The position numbers and the translations under genes are program-made. A stretch of DNA of 64,000 nucleotides, from contig CAXXYE010000008.1 of NCBI GenBank assembly GCA_963674865.2, positions 352,001-416,000 of the forward strand. Reading direction: 5' to 3'. Position 1 is the first letter of the stretch, and every line of letters begins with the position of its first letter. Below are positions 61,240-64,000 of this stretch, in pieces. A model generated the notes under the pieces. That model had not been told where the DNA came from, made no database searches, and saw only the letters and a program-made list of their open reading frames with translations. This stretch comes from Candidatus Hydrogenedentota bacterium (lineage in GTDB: Bacteria > Hydrogenedentota > Hydrogenedentia > Hydrogenedentales > SLHB01).

Positions 61240-62298
61240 ATGAAGTACAAGCCTGATTGGCCGGAGGCGCGTGTGCGGCTATCGGCCCTGTGGGCCGGGG
61301 AGGCGACGGATCGCCCCTGTATCGCGGTGACGGCGCCGAGCGGCAAGAACATCCCCGCGCCGGGCTGCCCGGACGCGCCCGAGGGCCGCTGGCTCGATCC
61401 CGACTGGGTGACGCGTGCGGCGTTTGCCCACCTCGAGAACACGTGGTGGGGCGGCGAGGCCGTCCCTTCGTGTCTGCTCAACGGTGGATGGATGATATCC
61501 CTCGGCGGCCGGCCGCATTTCAGCCCCGATACCATCTGGTTCGATACCTTTCCCGTCGATTTCGGCCGCCCATCGCCCTTCCGGCACCATCCGGACGATC
61601 CCTGGGTGAAGAAGCACGAGGCCGTCTACCTCGCCGTGGCCGAGCTCGCCGGGAAAGATGACTTCCTCGTCGGCCAGCCCTGCCTCCTGCCGGCCAACGA
61701 CCTGCTCTCGATGCACATGGGCACGGGCGACTTCCTGTCGGCCCTCCTCGAGCATCCCGAGTGGATGGAAGACGCCATTGTCCAAGGCGCGCGCGATCTC
61801 CTGGGCGCCCGCTGCGCCCTGCGGGATCTTATTGCCCCCCGGCATGACTTCTGGTACGGCACCGCGGGCTGGATGCCTTTGTGGGCGCCCGAGCCGTATC
61901 TCAGCACCCAGTCGGACGTGTCCTGCATGCTTTCGCCGGACTTGTACGAGCGGTTCGTGCTCCCCGAACTCGACATCTACGCCGGGGAGTTCGACGCCAT
62001 CTGGTACCACCTCGACGGCGGCGACGCGCGGCATCACCTGCCCCGGCTGCTATCGCTCCCCTACATCCGCGTCATCCAATACGTGCCCGCGCCCGTCGAG
62101 CCGCCGAACGGGCCCGCCCACCTCGAGATGTACCGGCAAATTCAGCAAGCGGGTAGGATTGTGCACGTGGAGTTGCCCAAAGAGAACATCGCGCCGCTGA
62201 TCAAGGGACTCGATCCCGGCCTGCTCATGCTGCAAACCCGCTGCGAGAGCATCGACGAAGGCCAAGGCCTCCTGGAATCGGCCAAGGGATGGATGTGA
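61240..62298 (+). CDS. Uroporphyrinogen decarboxylase/methyltransferase-superfamily-like protein
   Basis: QSDVSCMLSPDLYERFVLPEL, WYHLDG and IRVIQY motifs; GGAGG RBS. Confidence 0.65.
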   Translation: MKYKPDWPEARVRLSALWAGEATDRPCIAVTAPSGKNIPAPGCPDAPEGRWLDPDWVTRAAFAHLENTWWGGEAVPSCLLNGGWMISLGGRPHFSPDTIWFDTFPVDFGRPSPFRHHPDDPWVKKHEAVYLAVAELAGKDDFLVGQPCLLPANDLLSMHMGTGDFLSALLEHPEWMEDAIVQGARDLLGARCALRDLIAPRHDFWYGTAGWMPLWAPEPYLSTQSDVSCMLSPDLYERFVLPELDIYAGEFDAIWYHLDGGDARHHLPRLLSLPYIRVIQYVPAPVEPPNGPAHLEMYRQIQQAGRIVHVELPKENIAPLIKGLDPGLLMLQTRCESIDEGQGLLESAKGWM

Positions 62299-62417
62299 GC
62301 GGAGGAAGATACGACTGGACGGGCGATTGGCGAGAATACGAAACGCCTATGACCTGACGGCGCGGCAAATGCAGGTCTGGTAGCGCGCTGTGGCGCATAG
62401 GCAATTCGAAAGACGTC

Positions 62418-62446
62418 TTGACAGCAATACTCGTTTCTCGTAGTAT
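62418..62446 (+). promoter_or_regulatory. Putative sigma70 promoter
   Basis: TTGACA-N17-TAGTAT upstream of the 62507 ORF. Confidence 0.6.
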
Positions 62447-62506
62447 GCCACGGGGTTTGGGGTCTGTAATGAGTCTATCTTTCAGTCCAACGCGGAGGGA
62501 CCTGTC

Positions 62507-63355
62507 ATGAACGTGTTCACATCCAGAGGATATCTTACCCTTGCGGTGGCGCTTCTGTGCTGCGGCTCTGTCGGTGCCGAGAGTATTCTCCTGCCAGCGG
62601 GCACGCCAATATACGGCGAGCTTGACGAGCAAGTTGTGTCTAAGAAGAAGAAGACCGCCGTGGGACAGATTGTCCGAGCTCATGTGTGGCGAAATGTAGT
62701 ACTTGACAAGCAAGTTGTTATTCGAGCGGGTGCCGCGATGGTTGTTCGGGTCTCCCACGTGAAGAGCGCGAAGGTTGCCGGGGTGAAGGGCGACCTTGAG
62801 CTTGAAGCCGTTTCCGCGAGGGCTGTGGACGGTACTGAGGTGCTGCTGGACGGCGGGTATGACCACTCGGGAAAGGGGCGCAAGGCCCTGTCGATAACGT
62901 TGTTTCTCCTAGTTGCTTGGCCTCTCATCTTCATCAAAGGAAAGAACGTAGTCGCTGAGCCGGGCACAATCTTCGATTGTTCCGTGCAAGCAGATAGCCT
63001 GGTAAGCGTCGAGGGTATGCAGCCCATACATGTAAGGCTTGGCGACGGTAAGAGTCTCGTTGTCGAGCCGCTCTACGATGAGATGGATCCAGAGGGCAAG
63101 GACAAGGTCCTTCCTCTAAGTCTGCGGGCCAAGGGCAGCGAAATCAGTGCGGCCTGTGTCGCCACGATAAACGGCGAAGAGGTCGAGCCGATTCCGCTGT
63201 CACTTGAGGCCCAGGAAGAAGATGGTGACTATACGCTGGTGCGTGGAACCATCGAACTGAAGAAGTTGGCAAAGCACTTCCGAAAGGGCATAAACCGCTT
63301 CGAGGTGGAGGTGGCCGACGCCAGGGCAGAGGTGATTCTGGACGTTGAACTCTAG
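62507..63355 (+). CDS. Secreted/membrane hypothetical protein
   Basis: Signal peptide, LPAGTPI beta domain, internal hydrophobic segment; GGAGG RBS. Confidence 0.7.
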   Translation: MNVFTSRGYLTLAVALLCCGSVGAESILLPAGTPIYGELDEQVVSKKKKTAVGQIVRAHVWRNVVLDKQVVIRAGAAMVVRVSHVKSAKVAGVKGDLELEAVSARAVDGTEVLLDGGYDHSGKGRKALSITLFLLVAWPLIFIKGKNVVAEPGTIFDCSVQADSLVSVEGMQPIHVRLGDGKSLVVEPLYDEMDPEGKDKVLPLSLRAKGSEISAACVATINGEEVEPIPLSLEAQEEDGDYTLVRGTIELKKLAKHFRKGINRFEVEVADARAEVILDVEL

Positions 63356-63375
63356 ATTGTCTTGAGGAATGTGAC

Positions 63376-63699
63376 GTGACGGACCCCATTGAAGACATAT
63401 CCCGAACACCTGCCTTCAATACGGCGACTGGTATCTTGAGCACGGTTGTTGCAGCTTTGACTCTTGCTTGCATAGTGCTAGGGTTTCAGCTGATGCCTCT
63501 CCATGAGAGGCAGAAGCAGCTAACTGAGGCACTCGCCAGACTGAAGGAGGAAGTCAATAAGGCCAATTCATCGGTATCCACTATCAGTGGTGAGCGGGAG
63601 TCCAGTATCTTGCCCGTTGAAACATATACATACGTTCACAAGGCCGCACTTACACCAACTCAGGCATTGAGAATGCCGGAGGTTCAGCTTTCACGGTAG
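63376..63699 (+). CDS. Hypothetical membrane protein with coiled coil, possibly truncated
   Basis: One TM helix followed by a heptad-like segment; follows the previous gene closely. Confidence 0.4.
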   Translation: MTDPIEDISRTPAFNTATGILSTVVAALTLACIVLGFQLMPLHERQKQLTEALARLKEEVNKANSSVSTISGERESSILPVETYTYVHKAALTPTQALRMPEVQLSR

Positions 63700-63718
63700 G
63701 GTCCATAGGAGACGCTTC

Positions 63719-64000
63719 CTAAGTCCGCGCGCGCCGCTTCTTTGCCCACTCGATGGCGGGGCGCTCGAAGAGGCGGATGCCTTGGGGACGGCGGAGGAGT
63801 TGACGCCAGCGGAGGCGCGCCCAAGCGCGGACGGCGCGGCTGGGATGGTTGAGGCGGGCGATGAGGAATTGGGCGTCGCCGATGAGCCGCGATTGCCGGG
63901 GACTCAGCCAAGGCCGTTCCGGATGGCTCCAGTCCATGGCGAGCCAGCCTTCGAGCGAGTCGGGCGCCTGGTAGCCGGCGCGTTCGCACGCCGGGATGAG
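63719..64000 (-). CDS. C-terminal end of a gene entering from the right edge (possibly a B12-radical SAM tail)
   Basis: Frame open to 64000: LIPACERAGYQAPDSLEGWLAMDWSHPERPW... Confidence 0.45.
   Translation of the reverse strand, partial: LIPACERAGYQAPDSLEGWLAMDWSHPERPWLSPRQSRLIGDAQFLIARLNHPSRAVRAWARLRWRQLLRRPQGIRLFERPAIEWAKKRRART

Overview
GC-rich bacterial chromosome segment. Lineage is uncertain; the 'GCP' lipoproteins and many secreted glycan-active proteins suggest Ca. Hydrogenedentes or similar (inference only). 1-13.2 kb is core-like: flagellin 3' end, GH28, B12-radical SAM plus DegT aminotransferase, hslV, acyltransferase, amidohydrolase, two tandem leuB-family genes and a DMT transporter. 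An intact tRNA-Asn(GTT) (13552-13627) is followed by about 29 kb of island-like cargo (large secreted carbohydrate-active or hydrolase proteins, an IS1380 remnant). This cargo has two candidate attR junctions (ACGGGGAGCCAGA at 37395 and 42758), each read through in frame (WLPV) into a small HTH ORF. The most striking signal is a small GIY-YIG nuclease gene (43002-43274) embedded among three tRNA-Asn-derived copies (13268-13426, 42812-42946, 43261-43303). These copies carry the same palindrome, (G)ATCCCGCCTGCGGCGGGAC, inserted at defined tRNA positions, and the nuclease ORF ends inside the anticodon loop of one copy. This may be a tRNA-targeting GIY-YIG/palindrome mobile system. The right third holds an oxidative-stress region: Gpx, a Blc-lipocalin fused to a violaxanthin de-epoxidase-like domain, and perR-katG with a consensus promoter and operator. 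It also has composite REP/type-ISP-fragment repeats interleaved with cargo genes, an ArsR/Cys-peptide/ABC cassette bracketed by a ~490 bp direct repeat, MscS, an orphan iteron/hairpin cluster and a MITE. No CRISPR array, rRNA or intact integrase/transposase was seen. All family calls are by motif recognition; no searches were run.
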